This document shows positions 40,384 through 52,306 of a DNA stretch of 64,000 bases, piece by piece. Every line of letters starts with the position of its first letter. The stretch's first letter is position 1. Source of the DNA: Pelagibacterales bacterium SAG-MED31 (GTDB lineage Bacteria > Pseudomonadota > Alphaproteobacteria > HIMB59 > GCA-002718135); contig JACWEB010000002.1 of assembly GCA_014653715.1 (NCBI GenBank), positions 4,717 through 68,716 on the forward strand. The letters run 5' to 3'. The position numbers and the translations under genes were made by a program. The notes below the pieces were generated by a model. It did no database searches, was not told where the DNA came from, and saw only the letters and a list, made by a program, of their open reading frames with translations.

Positions 40384-41369
40384 AAAAAAAACTTTTAATA
40401 GTATTGTCTTCTATAATTTTTATTGGTTTGGTTATTTATGGATCAGCAGGATTTTATGTTGCTTATAGTATTCTTAAAATAGATCATACATGTGGTTGGC
40501 ATGAAAATTCAAAACCCAATTCCTGGAGCACTAAAATTGATGCTCATGAATATACAAACTTATCAAGAAGTAGGTTAAGAGAGAATTTTCCTTCAAGCGA
40601 ATATCATCTAGATCAATGGCAAAATGTGTATTTTCCATCAAGAGAGAGTGAAATTCAACTTAATGGCTGGTTATTTAATTATTATTCAGATCGTCCAATT
40701 GTAATTGTTATTCATGGAATTTATCCAAATGGTAAATGTAAGCCAGAATCAAACTTAATTGCTAGTTTATTAATTAAAGAAGGCATTAATGCTTTTACCA
40801 TAGATTTACGTAATTATGGTCAGAGTGATACAGTTAGTAACTATGAAGATTTAGGTTTAAAATCTTATAATGATGTTTTGGGAGCTTATGATTATTTAAA
40901 AAAAATTGGTTTTGAAAGCAATAGTATTGGTCTTCACGGTATTTCATTAGGTGCAGTTCCTGCAATTTTTGCAGCAAATCAAGAAAAAGAAATAAAAGCT
41001 ATTTGGGCAGATAGTTCTTTAGCTGAATTTAGTATGGTGCTCCAAGATGAAATTGCACGCTATGGATTATCCATTGAGTTTGGACCTGCTGTTAGTTTTT
41101 TTGGAAAACTATTATCTGAAGTTGATCCTATTAATTTAAATCCTGTTGAAAAATTAACCAGCGTCCAAAATTATTTTTTTACACATGGAGATAAAGATCA
41201 AAGAATGCTTGTAAGACATTACTATTATTTTCAAAAATATGTTGAGGAGAATAATATAAAATCTGATTTTTGGTTAGCAGAAAACTCATATCATGTAGAT
41301 GGTATGTTTAAGTATCCTGAACTATATGCAAAAAAAATGAAGATTTTTTTTGAAGACAATTTAAGGTAA
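40380..41369 (+). CDS. Membrane-anchored alpha/beta hydrolase
   Basis: N-terminal TM helix, IHG, DLRNYGQS, nucleophile GISLG, HGDKD, C-terminal His. Confidence 0.88.
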   Translation: MKKKLLIVLSSIIFIGLVIYGSAGFYVAYSILKIDHTCGWHENSKPNSWSTKIDAHEYTNLSRSRLRENFPSSEYHLDQWQNVYFPSRESEIQLNGWLFNYYSDRPIVIVIHGIYPNGKCKPESNLIASLLIKEGINAFTIDLRNYGQSDTVSNYEDLGLKSYNDVLGAYDYLKKIGFESNSIGLHGISLGAVPAIFAANQEKEIKAIWADSSLAEFSMVLQDEIARYGLSIEFGPAVSFFGKLLSEVDPINLNPVEKLTSVQNYFFTHGDKDQRMLVRHYYYFQKYVEENNIKSDFWLAENSYHVDGMFKYPELYAKKMKIFFEDNLR

Positions 41370-41372
41370 ACA

Positions 41373-41511
41373 AGTCGGATTGTCTTTGCTAGTTTGTACC
41401 TTGGCAGACACTTCTCTAGTAAAAAAACTCGGTTATCATCAAACGGCGGGTAAGATGAAAACATTTTCCTGGCGTTCCTCCGAAGCAAAGAAAATGAGTT
41501 ACAATCCGACT
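41373..41511 (-). ncRNA. Unidentified ~139-nt structured RNA
   Basis: 11-bp terminal stem AGTCGGATTGT/ACAATCCGACT plus a 7-bp CTTTGCT/AGCAAAG stem; about 42% GC (hand count) with a very AT-rich upstream flank; promoter placed at its 5' end. Confidence 0.7.
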
Positions 41512-41517
41512 AAAACT

Positions 41518-41546
41518 AGATTACATTTAATGGTTCAAAAATTCAA
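41518..41546 (-). promoter_or_regulatory. sigma70-type promoter for the structured RNA
   Basis: TTGAAT-17 nt-TAATCT, then 6 nt to the first base of the terminal stem (41511). Confidence 0.6.
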
Positions 41547-41612
41547 CTTTTAGAGAAAAATATCTTTTAAAATTTGTCAGATTTTAGAGAAAAATTATTA
41601 TTAAAATTTAAT

Positions 41613-41633
41613 CTATCCACAGACTTATGCACA
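41613..41633 (+). promoter_or_regulatory. Tandem DnaA boxes
   Basis: CTATCCACA (1 mismatch to TTATCCACA), 3 nt, TTATGCACA (matches TTATNCACA). Confidence 0.55.
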
Positions 41634-41735
41634 TTGCTAAATTTATTCTTTTATCTTTAAAAATTATGATTTTTTTTGAATTTCTGCAAAAAAAATATAC
41701 TTAGAATATATAAAGTATCTGTTTTACAATATAAA

Positions 41736-42107
41736 ATGTCATTGCATCGCCCTTTATCCCCACACCTTTCTATTCATAAGAAAGTTTTAACTGCTGTTTT
41801 CTCTATTTTTCATAGATTTACTGGTATTTGTCTCAGCCTTGGTATTATTTTGCTATCAATATGGATTATGATTGTTGCTCTTGGTCCTGCTTACTATTCG
41901 ATATTTGAGGCATTAAGTTCATTAATCATTTTTAAGATATTTTTATTTCTTTGGACACTTACGATTTTCTATCATCTTTATAATGGTATTAGGTATCTAT
42001 TTTGGAGCTATGGTAAAATGATGGAACTTGGTACTGTTTACAAAAGTGGATATGCGGTAATTATTTTGTCAATTTTATCTACATTAGTAGTTTGGGCTTC
42101 TGTATGA
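41736..42107 (+). CDS. sdhC: Succinate dehydrogenase cytochrome b556 subunit
   Basis: RPLSPHL, SIFHRFTG and HLYNGIR motifs. Start ATG 41736. Confidence 0.96.
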   Translation: MSLHRPLSPHLSIHKKVLTAVFSIFHRFTGICLSLGIILLSIWIMIVALGPAYYSIFEALSSLIIFKIFLFLWTLTIFYHLYNGIRYLFWSYGKMMELGTVYKSGYAVIILSILSTLVVWASV

Positions 42108-42436
42108 AAAATTATACTACTAAATGGATTTTCCAAAGAGTATCTGCAGTAATTTTAATACCACTTACTTTTTGGTTTGTTTATCAATGTGTCCTTATAT
42201 CTAATTATGAGTATAGCGAAATAAGAGCTTTTTTCTTTTCAAAACTAAACGCTTCACTGTATTTTATTTTAATCATTACGATGCTCTATCATGCTAAATT
42301 AGGTAATGAGACTATAGTCGAAGATTATGTCACATCTCATAGCATTAAAAAAATTACTAAATCGTTTATAAGTGCACTAATTTATCTGTGTATGATTATA
42401 ACTACCATTTCTCTTGTGTATATAGTTAGCTCATGA
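42104..42436 (+). CDS. sdhD: Succinate dehydrogenase membrane anchor
   Basis: WIFQRVSA and HAKLG...IVEDYV motifs; ATGA overlap with sdhC. Confidence 0.95.
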   Translation: MKNYTTKWIFQRVSAVILIPLTFWFVYQCVLISNYEYSEIRAFFFSKLNASLYFILIITMLYHAKLGNETIVEDYVTSHSIKKITKSFISALIYLCMIITTISLVYIVSS

Positions 42437-44226
42437 CTAAAGCATATCAAATAATAGATCATCAATATGATGTAGTTGTTGTTGGAGCAGGAGGTTCAGG
42501 TTTGCGTGCAACCTTAGGGTCTGCTGAATCAGGCTTAAAAACTGCTTGTATCACTAAAGTATTTCCAACGAGAAGTCATACAGTTGCAGCGCAAGGTGGT
42601 ATTGGAGCAGCCTTAGGAAATATGGGCGATGATAATTGGAAATGGCATATGTACGATACTGTTAAAGGATCTGATTGGTTGGGAGATCAAGATGCAATTG
42701 AGTATTTATGTTCCAATGCCCCAGAAGCAGTAATTGAGCTTGAAGAATATGGTATGCCGTTTAGCAGAACAGATGATGGAAAAATATATCAAAGACCATT
42801 TGGAGGTCATTTAACTAATAATGGTGAAGGAGCACCTGCAATGAGAGCATGTGCAGCAGCCGACAGAACAGGCCATGCTCTTCTTCATACACTCTACCAA
42901 CAATCACTAAAACACAATGTAGAGTTCTTTATTGAATATTTTGTTTTAGATTTAATTATGGATAACGATGGTAATTGTAAAGGTGTTGTCGCATGGTGTT
43001 TAGAAGATGGCTCAATTCATAGATTTTTATCACACCAAACAATTTTGGCTACAGGTGGATATGGCAGAGCATATTTTTCATCAACAAGTGCTCATATTTG
43101 TACAGGTGACGGAAATGCTATGGCCTTAAGACAAAATCTCCCTTTATCCGATATGGAGTTTATTCAATTTCACCCAACAGGAGTTTACGGTGCAGGTGTT
43201 CTAATTACTGAAGGTGCCAGAGGCGAAGGGGGATATTTAACAAATAGTGATGGTGAAAGATTTATGGAAAGATATGCTCCAAACGCTAAAGATTTAGCAT
43301 CAAGAGATGTAGTTAGTCGAGCAATGACAATTGAAGTAAATGAAAATAGAGGATGTGGAGAAAATGCAGATCATGTACTTTTACATTTAGAGCATATTGA
43401 TGCTTCTACTCTTCATAAAAGATTACCAGGCATTTCAGAAACTGCTAAAATTTTTGCTGGAGTAGATCTAACAAAGGAACCAATTCCTGTATTACCAACT
43501 GTTCATTACAATATGGGAGGTATTCCAACAAACCACAGAACTGAAGTTCTACGTCCAACAGAAGATAACCCAGATAATATTTGTGAAGGACTATTAGCAG
43601 TTGGGGAGGCGGCATGTGTATCGGTTCACGGAGCTAACCGATTAGGCACGAATTCTTTAATTGACCTTGTTGTCTTTGGAAAAGCATCAAGTATTACAGC
43701 TAAAGAAAAAGTCAAACCAAACACCAAAGCTATTAATATCGAGTCTAATGCAATAGATCCAATTTTGGACCGTTTTGATAAAATTCGGTTTAATAAAGGT
43801 GATAGCTCAACTGGAGAAGTTAGGACATCTATGCAAAAAGTTATGCAAGAAAAATGTGCTGTTTTTAGAACTGATGAGCTTATTTCTAAGGGTATTGAGG
43901 AGTTTAATCACATAGAAAGCTCAATGGATAATATTGATGTAAAAGACAAATCTATGATTTTTAATACAGATTTAGCTGAGTCACTTGAATTACATAATTT
44001 AATCGCTCAGTCAAAAGTTACTCTACACTCTGCTCTAAATAGAACAGAAAGTAGAGGGGCTCACGCAAGAGAAGATCATCAAGAAAGAGATGACTCGAAC
44101 TGGCTAGTTCATTCTTTATCATGGCTTGACAGTAAGGGTGATGTAAAAATGGGAACGCGACCCGTTCATATGAATACTTTAACTAATCATGTTCAACCTA
44201 TTCCTCCAAAAAAAAGAGTTTACTAA
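42433..44226 (+). CDS. sdhA: Succinate dehydrogenase flavoprotein
   Basis: [21 protein letters not shown] and HGANRLG motifs. Confidence 0.99.
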   Translation: MTKAYQIIDHQYDVVVVGAGGSGLRATLGSAESGLKTACITKVFPTRSHTVAAQGGIGAALGNMGDDNWKWHMYDTVKGSDWLGDQDAIEYLCSNAPEAVIELEEYGMPFSRTDDGKIYQRPFGGHLTNNGEGAPAMRACAAADRTGHALLHTLYQQSLKHNVEFFIEYFVLDLIMDNDGNCKGVVAWCLEDGSIHRFLSHQTILATGGYGRAYFSSTSAHICTGDGNAMALRQNLPLSDMEFIQFHPTGVYGAGVLITEGARGEGGYLTNSDGERFMERYAPNAKDLASRDVVSRAMTIEVNENRGCGENADHVLLHLEHIDASTLHKRLPGISETAKIFAGVDLTKEPIPVLPTVHYNMGGIPTNHRTEVLRPTEDNPDNICEGLLAVGEAACVSVHGANRLGTNSLIDLVVFGKASSITAKEKVKPNTKAINIESNAIDPILDRFDKIRFNKGDSSTGEVRTSMQKVMQEKCAVFRTDELISKGIEEFNHIESSMDNIDVKDKSMIFNTDLAESLELHNLIAQSKVTLHSALNRTESRGAHAREDHQERDDSNWLVHSLSWLDSKGDVKMGTRPVHMNTLTNHVQPIPPKKRVY

Positions 44227-44228
44227 AA

Positions 44229-45023
44229 ATGGTTGAGTTTACTTTACCTACAAATTCAAAAGTACAAAAAGGAATCAATCATCCCACAAAGGAATTTTCA
44301 GAAAAACCAAAAAAAATAGTAATCTACAGATGGAATCCTGAAGATCAGGACAACCCACGTTTAGATAGTTATGAAATTGACTTGAGTAAATGTGGCCCAA
44401 TGGTTTTGGATGCTTTGATGAAAATCAAAAATGAAATTGATTCATCATTAACTTTTAGACGGTCTTGTCGTGAAGGTGTTTGTGGTTCTTGTGCTATGAA
44501 TATAGACGGCGTTAACACTTTAGCCTGTTTAAAACCTATTGAAGAAGTAAACGGTGAAATTAGAATTTACCCTCTACCTCACATGCCTGTTGTGAAAGAT
44601 TTAGTTCCTGATCTAAGTAAGGCTTATGAGCAGCTAGCTTCTATTAAGCCATGGCTGCAGAGATCAAATGAAAATTCTAGTCCTAAACAAAATAGTTCAG
44701 ATGAAAAAAAACAAACACCAAAAGACAGAGAAAAATTAGATGGTCAGTGGGAATGTGTACTTTGTTTTTGTTGCACAACTTCATGCCCAAGTTATTGGTG
44801 GAATAGTGATGAATATCTAGGTCCTGCGGTTTTAATGCAAGCAGCTAGATGGGTAAATGATTCTAGAGATTCAGAAAGAGAGAACAGATTGAAAGCAGTA
44901 AACGACAAAATGAAGTTATATCGATGTCATTCAATAATGAATTGTACACGCTCTTGTCCCAAAGGACTTAATCCTGCAAAAGCAATTGCAGATTTAAAGA
45001 AGGCTATTGTTACAGAATTATAA
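44229..45023 (+). CDS. sdhB: Succinate dehydrogenase iron-sulfur subunit
   Basis: [22 protein letters not shown] and [12 protein letters not shown] motifs. Confidence 0.98.
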   Translation: MVEFTLPTNSKVQKGINHPTKEFSEKPKKIVIYRWNPEDQDNPRLDSYEIDLSKCGPMVLDALMKIKNEIDSSLTFRRSCREGVCGSCAMNIDGVNTLACLKPIEEVNGEIRIYPLPHMPVVKDLVPDLSKAYEQLASIKPWLQRSNENSSPKQNSSDEKKQTPKDREKLDGQWECVLCFCCTTSCPSYWWNSDEYLGPAVLMQAARWVNDSRDSERENRLKAVNDKMKLYRCHSIMNCTRSCPKGLNPAKAIADLKKAIVTEL

Positions 45024-45995
<972 letters not shown>

Positions 45996-46052
45996 CGATT
46001 TACAATATATAACGTCAGTTTAATGCAAGTTTTACCATATAGAGATTAACTA

Positions 46053-47240
46053 ATGAATATTCACGAATACCAAGCTAAAGAAATTCTTAAAAAATTTGGA
46101 CTACCCATCCTTAAAGGTAAATCATATAACAAAAATCTTGAAACACTATCTGCTGACATAGAAGATTTAAATGGACCACCTTGGGTTGTTAAATCACAGA
46201 TTCATGCTGGTGGCAGAGGGGCTGGACACTTTAAAAATTCTTTTAATGACAAAGGAGGTGTTCAGGTTGTTTTTGAAAAAAATGAAGTATCCTCTATCGC
46301 AAAATCAATGATGGGAAACGTATTGATAACAAAACAAACAGGTGAAATAGGGAAAACGGTAAATCATATTTTTATTGAGGAAGGGTGTGAAATTGACAGG
46401 GAGCTTTATCTAAGTTTACTTGTTGACAGAAATAATTCAAAAGTAATGATGATGATTTCTTCAGCTGGTGGTATGGATATTGAGGAAGTTGCGGTAAGCA
46501 ATCCTGAAAAAATAATAAATATTCATTTTACAAAATATAAAGATATTTCATTAGATGAAAGTTTACAGATAAAACTTGAAATTACTAAAAGTCAACTTGA
46601 TGAGTTAACTTCTATTACCAATAAATTATTAAATGCTTTTACTTCTATTGACGCATCAACAATTGAAATTAATCCATTGGTTTTAAATAAGGAAGGAAAT
46701 TTTGTTTTGTTAGATGCTAAGATTAGCTTAGATGATAATGCACTTTTTCGACATCCTGAATTAGCAGAATTAAAAGATTTAACTGAAGAAGACCCTTTGG
46801 AGTTACAAGCGGCAGAACATGATATGAATTATGTTAAACTTGATGGATCAATTGGATGTATGGTCAATGGTGCTGGTTTAGCTATGGCAACAATGGATAT
46901 TATTAAACAATTTGGAAAAGAACCTGCTAATTTTTTAGACTTAGGGGGTACCGCAAATAAAGATAGGGTTATTATGGGTTTCAAAATTATTCAATCAGAC
47001 CCAAATGTTAAATCTATTTTGATAAATATTTTTGGAGGAATTATTCATTGTGATATGATTGCAAATGGTATTGTTGAAGCAGTTAAGGAATTAGATTTTA
47101 AACTTCCTTTGGTTGTACGTTTTCAAGGAACAAACTCAAGAGAAGGAAAAAATGTAATTAATAATTCTAACTTAGGGTTAATAGCCATTGAAGATTTTAC
47201 AGAAGCTGCAAAAAAAGTAGTAGAGTTGGCTAAAGAATAA
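46053..47240 (+). CDS. sucC: Succinyl-CoA synthetase beta subunit
   Basis: [20 protein letters not shown] and [11 protein letters not shown] motifs. Confidence 0.98.
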   Translation: MNIHEYQAKEILKKFGLPILKGKSYNKNLETLSADIEDLNGPPWVVKSQIHAGGRGAGHFKNSFNDKGGVQVVFEKNEVSSIAKSMMGNVLITKQTGEIGKTVNHIFIEEGCEIDRELYLSLLVDRNNSKVMMMISSAGGMDIEEVAVSNPEKIINIHFTKYKDISLDESLQIKLEITKSQLDELTSITNKLLNAFTSIDASTIEINPLVLNKEGNFVLLDAKISLDDNALFRHPELAELKDLTEEDPLELQAAEHDMNYVKLDGSIGCMVNGAGLAMATMDIIKQFGKEPANFLDLGGTANKDRVIMGFKIIQSDPNVKSILINIFGGIIHCDMIANGIVEAVKELDFKLPLVVRFQGTNSREGKNVINNSNLGLIAIEDFTEAAKKVVELAKE

Positions 47241-47242
47241 TT

Positions 47243-48127
47243 ATGTCTATTATTATTGATAAGAATACAAAAGTAATATGCCAAGGTTTCACTGGGTCAC
47301 AAGGAACTTACCAATCTGAACAAGCGATTAGTTATGGAACCCAAATGGTTGGAGGTGTAACTCCTGGTAAAGGAGGTACGACACATTTAGGTTTGCCTGT
47401 ATTCAACACAGTTAAAGAAGCAAAAGAAAAAACACAAGCTGATGCAACGGTAATTTACGTTCCTGCAAAATTTGCAACAAAAGCTATTCACGAAGCATTA
47501 GATGCTAATATTAAAATAATTACATGCATTACAGAAGGAGTCCCGGTACTTGATATGGTGGAGATAAAAAAAAGAATTATTAAACAAAAAACTTATTTTA
47601 TAGGGCCTAACTGCCCAGGTTTGGTAACACCAGGTGAATGTAAAATTGGAATTATGCCAGGTTTTATTCATCAACCAGGAAAAATAGGGATTGTAAGTAG
47701 ATCTGGTACTTTAACCTATGAAGCAGTGTGGCAAACTTCCCAGGTAGGACTAGGTCAGACAACTTGTGTTGGCATTGGAGGGGATCCAGTCCATGGAATG
47801 AACTTTGTTGATTGCCTTGATTTATTTTTAAAAGATGAAAATACTAAAGGAATACTTATGATAGGTGAAATAGGTGGAACTGCAGAAGAAGAGGCTGCTG
47901 AGTTTATATTAAAATCGTCAATTAAAAAGCCAATGTCTGCGTTTATTGCTGGTGTATCAGCACCCAAAGGTAAAAGAATGGGACATGCAGGAGCTATCAT
48001 ATCTGGTAACAAGGGAACGGCGCAGTCAAAAATTAATGCTCTGCAGTTAGCCAATATTGCTGTTGCGCCTTCTCCAGCTAAAATGGGTGAAACAATGTTG
48101 GCTGAGATGCAAAAAGGGTATAATTAA
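47243..48127 (+). CDS. sucD: Succinyl-CoA synthetase alpha subunit
   Basis: [20 protein letters not shown] and RMGHAGA motifs. Confidence 0.98.
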   Translation: MSIIIDKNTKVICQGFTGSQGTYQSEQAISYGTQMVGGVTPGKGGTTHLGLPVFNTVKEAKEKTQADATVIYVPAKFATKAIHEALDANIKIITCITEGVPVLDMVEIKKRIIKQKTYFIGPNCPGLVTPGECKIGIMPGFIHQPGKIGIVSRSGTLTYEAVWQTSQVGLGQTTCVGIGGDPVHGMNFVDCLDLFLKDENTKGILMIGEIGGTAEEEAAEFILKSSIKKPMSAFIAGVSAPKGKRMGHAGAIISGNKGTAQSKINALQLANIAVAPSPAKMGETMLAEMQKGYN

Positions 48128-48178
48128 GTTTTAAATCTAATAATATTTCAAACTTATTTTAGGTGTATAACAGTAAAA

Positions 48179-51076
48179 ATGAATGATACTTTTTTAAATA
48201 GTGCAAACGCACCTTATGTGGCTGAGCTTTATTTTAAGTTTTCACAAAATCCAGATAGTATTCATGGTAGCTGGAAAAGTTTTTTTTCTTCACTAAACGA
48301 AGATGAAATTTCTATAATCTCAGATTTTGGTGGACCTGAGTGGAAGAAAAGAAATACCACTGTTATTGACGATATTTCTTTTGATAAGGTTATACGCGCA
48401 TCATCAGATGTTGATTTTAATAGTTTTAAAACATCAACCTTAGACTCAATACGAGCACTTCGTTTAATTCGTGCGTATCGCATTAATGGTCATCTTATAG
48501 CTAATTTAGATCCACTTGATTTACATGAAAAAATTTATCATCCAGAATTGGATTATAAGTCTTATGGATTTAATAAAAATGATTTGGATAAAGAAATTTT
48601 TATTGATGGAAGTCTTGGTTTAGAAACAGCAACTTTAAAAGAAATAATTAAAATATTAAATGAGACGTATGCTTCATCGATTGGTGTTGAGTTTTTACAT
48701 ATTCAATCAGTAGAACAAAAACAATGGGTCCAAGAGAGAATAGAAGAGGTTAATAACAAAACTAATTTTACTAACCAAGGTAAAAAAGGAATCTTTCAAA
48801 GACTAGTTGAATCAGAGTTATTTGAACAATATTTAGATAAAAAATTTTTAGGAACGAAAAGATATGGGATTGTAGGTGGAGAATCTATGATACCTGGTAT
48901 TGAACAAATCGTAAAGCAATCATGTTTATTAGGAGTAGAAGATATATATTTTGGAACAGCTCATCGAGGAAGATTAACATTGCTAGCAACTGTTTTGGGT
49001 ATGCCTTACAGAGGAATTTTATCTAAATTCCAAGGTAATTTAAATGATCCAAATGAAGTTTTAGGTTCAGGAGATGTGAAATATCATTTAGGTGTATCAA
49101 GTGATAGAGAGTTTGATAGCAAAAAAATACATTTGTCTTTAACACCAAATCCATCTCATCTTGAAGCTGTTGATCCTGTTGTTGTAGGTAAAGTAAGAGC
49201 AAAGCAAACTTTATTACAAGATAAAACTACAGACAAAGTTTTTGGTATTCTTATTCATGGTGATGCAGCAATGGCTGGACAAGGAATTGTAGCAGAAACA
49301 TTTGCAATGTCTCAACTAAGAGGATTTCGTACAGGAGGTACTATACATTTTGTTATAAATAACCAAATTGGTTTTACTACAACACCCCATTACGGACGGT
49401 CTGCACCTTACTGTACTGAAATTGCTAAAATGGTACAAGCGCCCATCTTTCACGTAAATGGTGATGATCCCGAAGCAGTTGTGCATGTATGTAGACTTGC
49501 AGCAGAGTATAGAAATTTATTTAAAGAAGATGTTGTTGTTGATATGTTTTGTTATAGACGATCAGGACACAATGAGGCAGATGAACCCATGTTCACTCAA
49601 CCGTTAATGTATAAAAAGATTAAGAACCACTCAACAACTCTTAATTTATATAAAGAACAATTAGTTAAAGAAGAAGTTTTAACAGAGGAAGAAGCAAAAA
49701 TTAAAATTTCTGATTTTAAAAAATTCTTAGATAGTGAATTTGAATTATCTAAATCTTATAAACCAAATAAAGTAGATTGGTTAGACGGTACTTGGACAGG
49801 AATAAAGATAGCATCTATTGACGCGAGACGAGGTAAAACATCTTCGACTGAAGATGATATAAGAATTTTAGCAAAAGAGATTCATGCTATACCTGATGAT
49901 TTTACTCCTCATAAAAGAATACAAAAAATTTATAATGAACGAGAAGAATCAATTATGAAGGGTAAAAATATTGATTGGGCTACAGCGGAAGCTTTGGCAT
50001 TTGCGACCTTACTAAAAGATGGTTATGGTGTTCGTCTTTCAGGACAAGATGTCGGTAGAGGAACTTTTAGTCATCGACATGCTGTGTTGTATGACCAGGA
50101 GAATGAAAAAAGATTTGTTCCTCTTCGTCATTTCAGAAAAGACCAAGCACTATTTGAAATTGTAGATAGTTTTCTATCTGAGTTTGGTGTTTTAGGTTTT
50201 GAATATGGTTACTCTCAAGCAGATCCAAAAACGTTAGTGATTTGGGAAGCTCAATTTGGAGATTTTTCCAATGGAGCTCAAACAATAATTGATCAGTTTA
50301 TAACGACCGGTGAGAGAAAATGGTTACGTATGTCTGGCTTAACTTTATTATTACCACACGGTCATGAAGGACAAGGCCCTGAACATACTAGTTCAAGATT
50401 AGAGCGTTTTTTACAAATGTGTGCGGAAGACAATATACAAGTAGCGAACTGTACAAGTCCAGCAAACTATTTTCATATTTTACGAAGACAAATGATGAGA
50501 GATTTTCGAAAGCCATTAGTATTAATGACACCTAAATCTACTCTTCGTCATAAAGCAAATACCTCTCCCTTGGAAAATTTTGTTAATGGTTCAACTTTTC
50601 ACCGTGTGCTCAGCAAACCTCTTGCAGATGAAGAGTACAAAAATGTTAATCGTGTTGTATTTTGTTCAGGAAAAATTAATTTTGAATTGCAAGATCATAT
50701 AAATGAACTTCAACGTAATAATGTTTATATAATACGCTTAGAACAGTTATATCCGTTTCCATACGAAGCATTAAAACAAGGAATTAAAAAATTTAATCAT
50801 TGTGAGATGATTTGGTGTCAAGAAGAGCCAAAAAATATGGGAGCCTGGGAATTTATTGAAAAGAGACTTAAATCAGTCTTACATTTAGTTGGAGCAAAAA
50901 ATGAATTACATTTTATTGGCAGAAGAGCAGCAGCCTCTCCTGCGACTGGAGTTTTTGATCGGCACTTAGCAAATCAAAAAAATATTATACGATTAGCAAC
51001 TGAAGCAAATCTTGATGAAATTGAAAATGAAAAATCAGGCGTTTCTCTTGTTAAATATAAACTGCCGATTGAATAA
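48179..51076 (+). CDS. sucA: 2-oxoglutarate dehydrogenase E1
   Basis: GDVKYHLG, NPSHLE, HGDAA, RGTFSHRH, WEAQFGDF and WCQEEPKN motifs. Confidence 0.98.
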   Translation: MNDTFLNSANAPYVAELYFKFSQNPDSIHGSWKSFFSSLNEDEISIISDFGGPEWKKRNTTVIDDISFDKVIRASSDVDFNSFKTSTLDSIRALRLIRAYRINGHLIANLDPLDLHEKIYHPELDYKSYGFNKNDLDKEIFIDGSLGLETATLKEIIKILNETYASSIGVEFLHIQSVEQKQWVQERIEEVNNKTNFTNQGKKGIFQRLVESELFEQYLDKKFLGTKRYGIVGGESMIPGIEQIVKQSCLLGVEDIYFGTAHRGRLTLLATVLGMPYRGILSKFQGNLNDPNEVLGSGDVKYHLGVSSDREFDSKKIHLSLTPNPSHLEAVDPVVVGKVRAKQTLLQDKTTDKVFGILIHGDAAMAGQGIVAETFAMSQLRGFRTGGTIHFVINNQIGFTTTPHYGRSAPYCTEIAKMVQAPIFHVNGDDPEAVVHVCRLAAEYRNLFKEDVVVDMFCYRRSGHNEADEPMFTQPLMYKKIKNHSTTLNLYKEQLVKEEVLTEEEAKIKISDFKKFLDSEFELSKSYKPNKVDWLDGTWTGIKIASIDARRGKTSSTEDDIRILAKEIHAIPDDFTPHKRIQKIYNEREESIMKGKNIDWATAEALAFATLLKDGYGVRLSGQDVGRGTFSHRHAVLYDQENEKRFVPLRHFRKDQALFEIVDSFLSEFGVLGFEYGYSQADPKTLVIWEAQFGDFSNGAQTIIDQFITTGERKWLRMSGLTLLLPHGHEGQGPEHTSSRLERFLQMCAEDNIQVANCTSPANYFHILRRQMMRDFRKPLVLMTPKSTLRHKANTSPLENFVNGSTFHRVLSKPLADEEYKNVNRVVFCSGKINFELQDHINELQRNNVYIIRLEQLYPFPYEALKQGIKKFNHCEMIWCQEEPKNMGAWEFIEKRLKSVLHLVGAKNELHFIGRRAAASPATGVFDRHLANQKNIIRLATEANLDEIENEKSGVSLVKYKLPIE

Positions 51077-51109
51077 ATGAGTTAACATGATAAATAGAAG
51101 ATACATACT

Positions 51110-52306
51110 ATGGAGTTAATTGTACCAACCCTTGGCGAATCAATAACAGAAGCGACTGTTTCTAAATGGTTAAAAGAAGTAGGTGAATCATTTGAAGCAG
51201 ATGAACCTCTGGTAGAAATAGAAACTGATAAAATTACTGTAGAAGTTCCAGCACCAAGTGCAGGATCCATATCAGAAATAAAAGTTGAAGAAGGTGCTGA
51301 TGTTAATATTGGAGGCGTTCTTGCCCTTTTAGGTGATAAAAAAAACACTACTGGAGCAGCAACTCCTAAAGAAAGTATAAAAGAAAAACCACTAGAACAA
51401 AATATTAAAGAAGAAAAAAAACAAGAAACAAATCTAAATATTAAAAATGAAGAAAGCAATAAATTGTCTCCAGCAGTAAAAAAACTGATTGATGAAAAAG
51501 GCTTAGACTCAGAAAAAATTACATCTTCAAGACAAGATGGTCGCTTGACCAAAGGTGATGTATTTAATTTTATCAATAACCCGTCCCCAACTAAGCCAAC
51601 TTCAAAAAATAGAGAAGAAGTTGTGAAAATGTCAAAGATTAGAAAAACAATTGCAACTAGATTAAAAGAATCTCAAAATACTGCTGCAATCCTTACAACT
51701 TTTAATGAAGTAGATATGTCAGAGATAATGAAAGTTCGTGAATCAAAAAAAGAAGACTTCATGGAACGCTATAATGTCAAGCTTGGTTTTATGTCTTTTT
51801 TTGTTAAAGCAGTTGTTTTAAGTCTTCAAGAATTTCCAGCTATTAATGCTGAAATTCGTGAAGAGAATATTATTTATAAAAATCACTTTGATGTTGGTAT
51901 TGCTGTTGGAACTGAAAAAGGGTTAGTTGTCCCTGTTCTTAAAGATGCTGACACAATGACCTTTGGTGATATTGAACAAAATATTGTTGAGCTTAGCACA
52001 AAAGCAAAAGAAGGCAGTTTAACTATGGATGATTTAACAGGTGGTACTTTTACTATTTCAAATGGTGGCGTATATGGTTCAATGCTAAGCACACCAATTA
52101 TAAATAGACCTCAATCGGGAATTTTAGGTATGCACAATATTCAAAAAAGAGCAGTTGTTGTAGATGATGAAATTGTTATTCGACCAATGATGTACCTGGC
52201 TTTTAGTTATGATCACCGCATTATTGATGGAAAAGAAAGTGTTGGGTTTTTAGTTAGTATAAAAACTTTATTAGAAAATCCATCTAAATTAATTTTAGGA
52301 GTTTAA
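51110..52306 (+). CDS. sucB: Dihydrolipoamide succinyltransferase E2
   Basis: Lipoyl [14 protein letters not shown] and YDHRIIDG motifs. Confidence 0.98.
   Translation: MELIVPTLGESITEATVSKWLKEVGESFEADEPLVEIETDKITVEVPAPSAGSISEIKVEEGADVNIGGVLALLGDKKNTTGAATPKESIKEKPLEQNIKEEKKQETNLNIKNEESNKLSPAVKKLIDEKGLDSEKITSSRQDGRLTKGDVFNFINNPSPTKPTSKNREEVVKMSKIRKTIATRLKESQNTAAILTTFNEVDMSEIMKVRESKKEDFMERYNVKLGFMSFFVKAVVLSLQEFPAINAEIREENIIYKNHFDVGIAVGTEKGLVVPVLKDADTMTFGDIEQNIVELSTKAKEGSLTMDDLTGGTFTISNGGVYGSMLSTPIINRPQSGILGMHNIQKRAVVVDDEIVIRPMMYLAFSYDHRIIDGKESVGFLVSIKTLLENPSKLILGV

Noticed and set aside
41291..41488. 65-aa minus-strand ORF in the track
   Set aside because: It overlaps the hydrolase 3' end and the structured RNA, has no SD and no protein-like features; the RNA explains the region better.
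41373..41511. RNase P RNA or glycine riboswitch identity for the structured RNA
   Set aside because: The + strand end (AGAA...TTACA...ACT) loosely recalls RNase P and the minus strand has GAGA/GCCAAGG, but GAGGAAAGUC/P4 and CUCAGG are missing, the length is too short for RNase P, and there is no downstream gene for a riboswitch.
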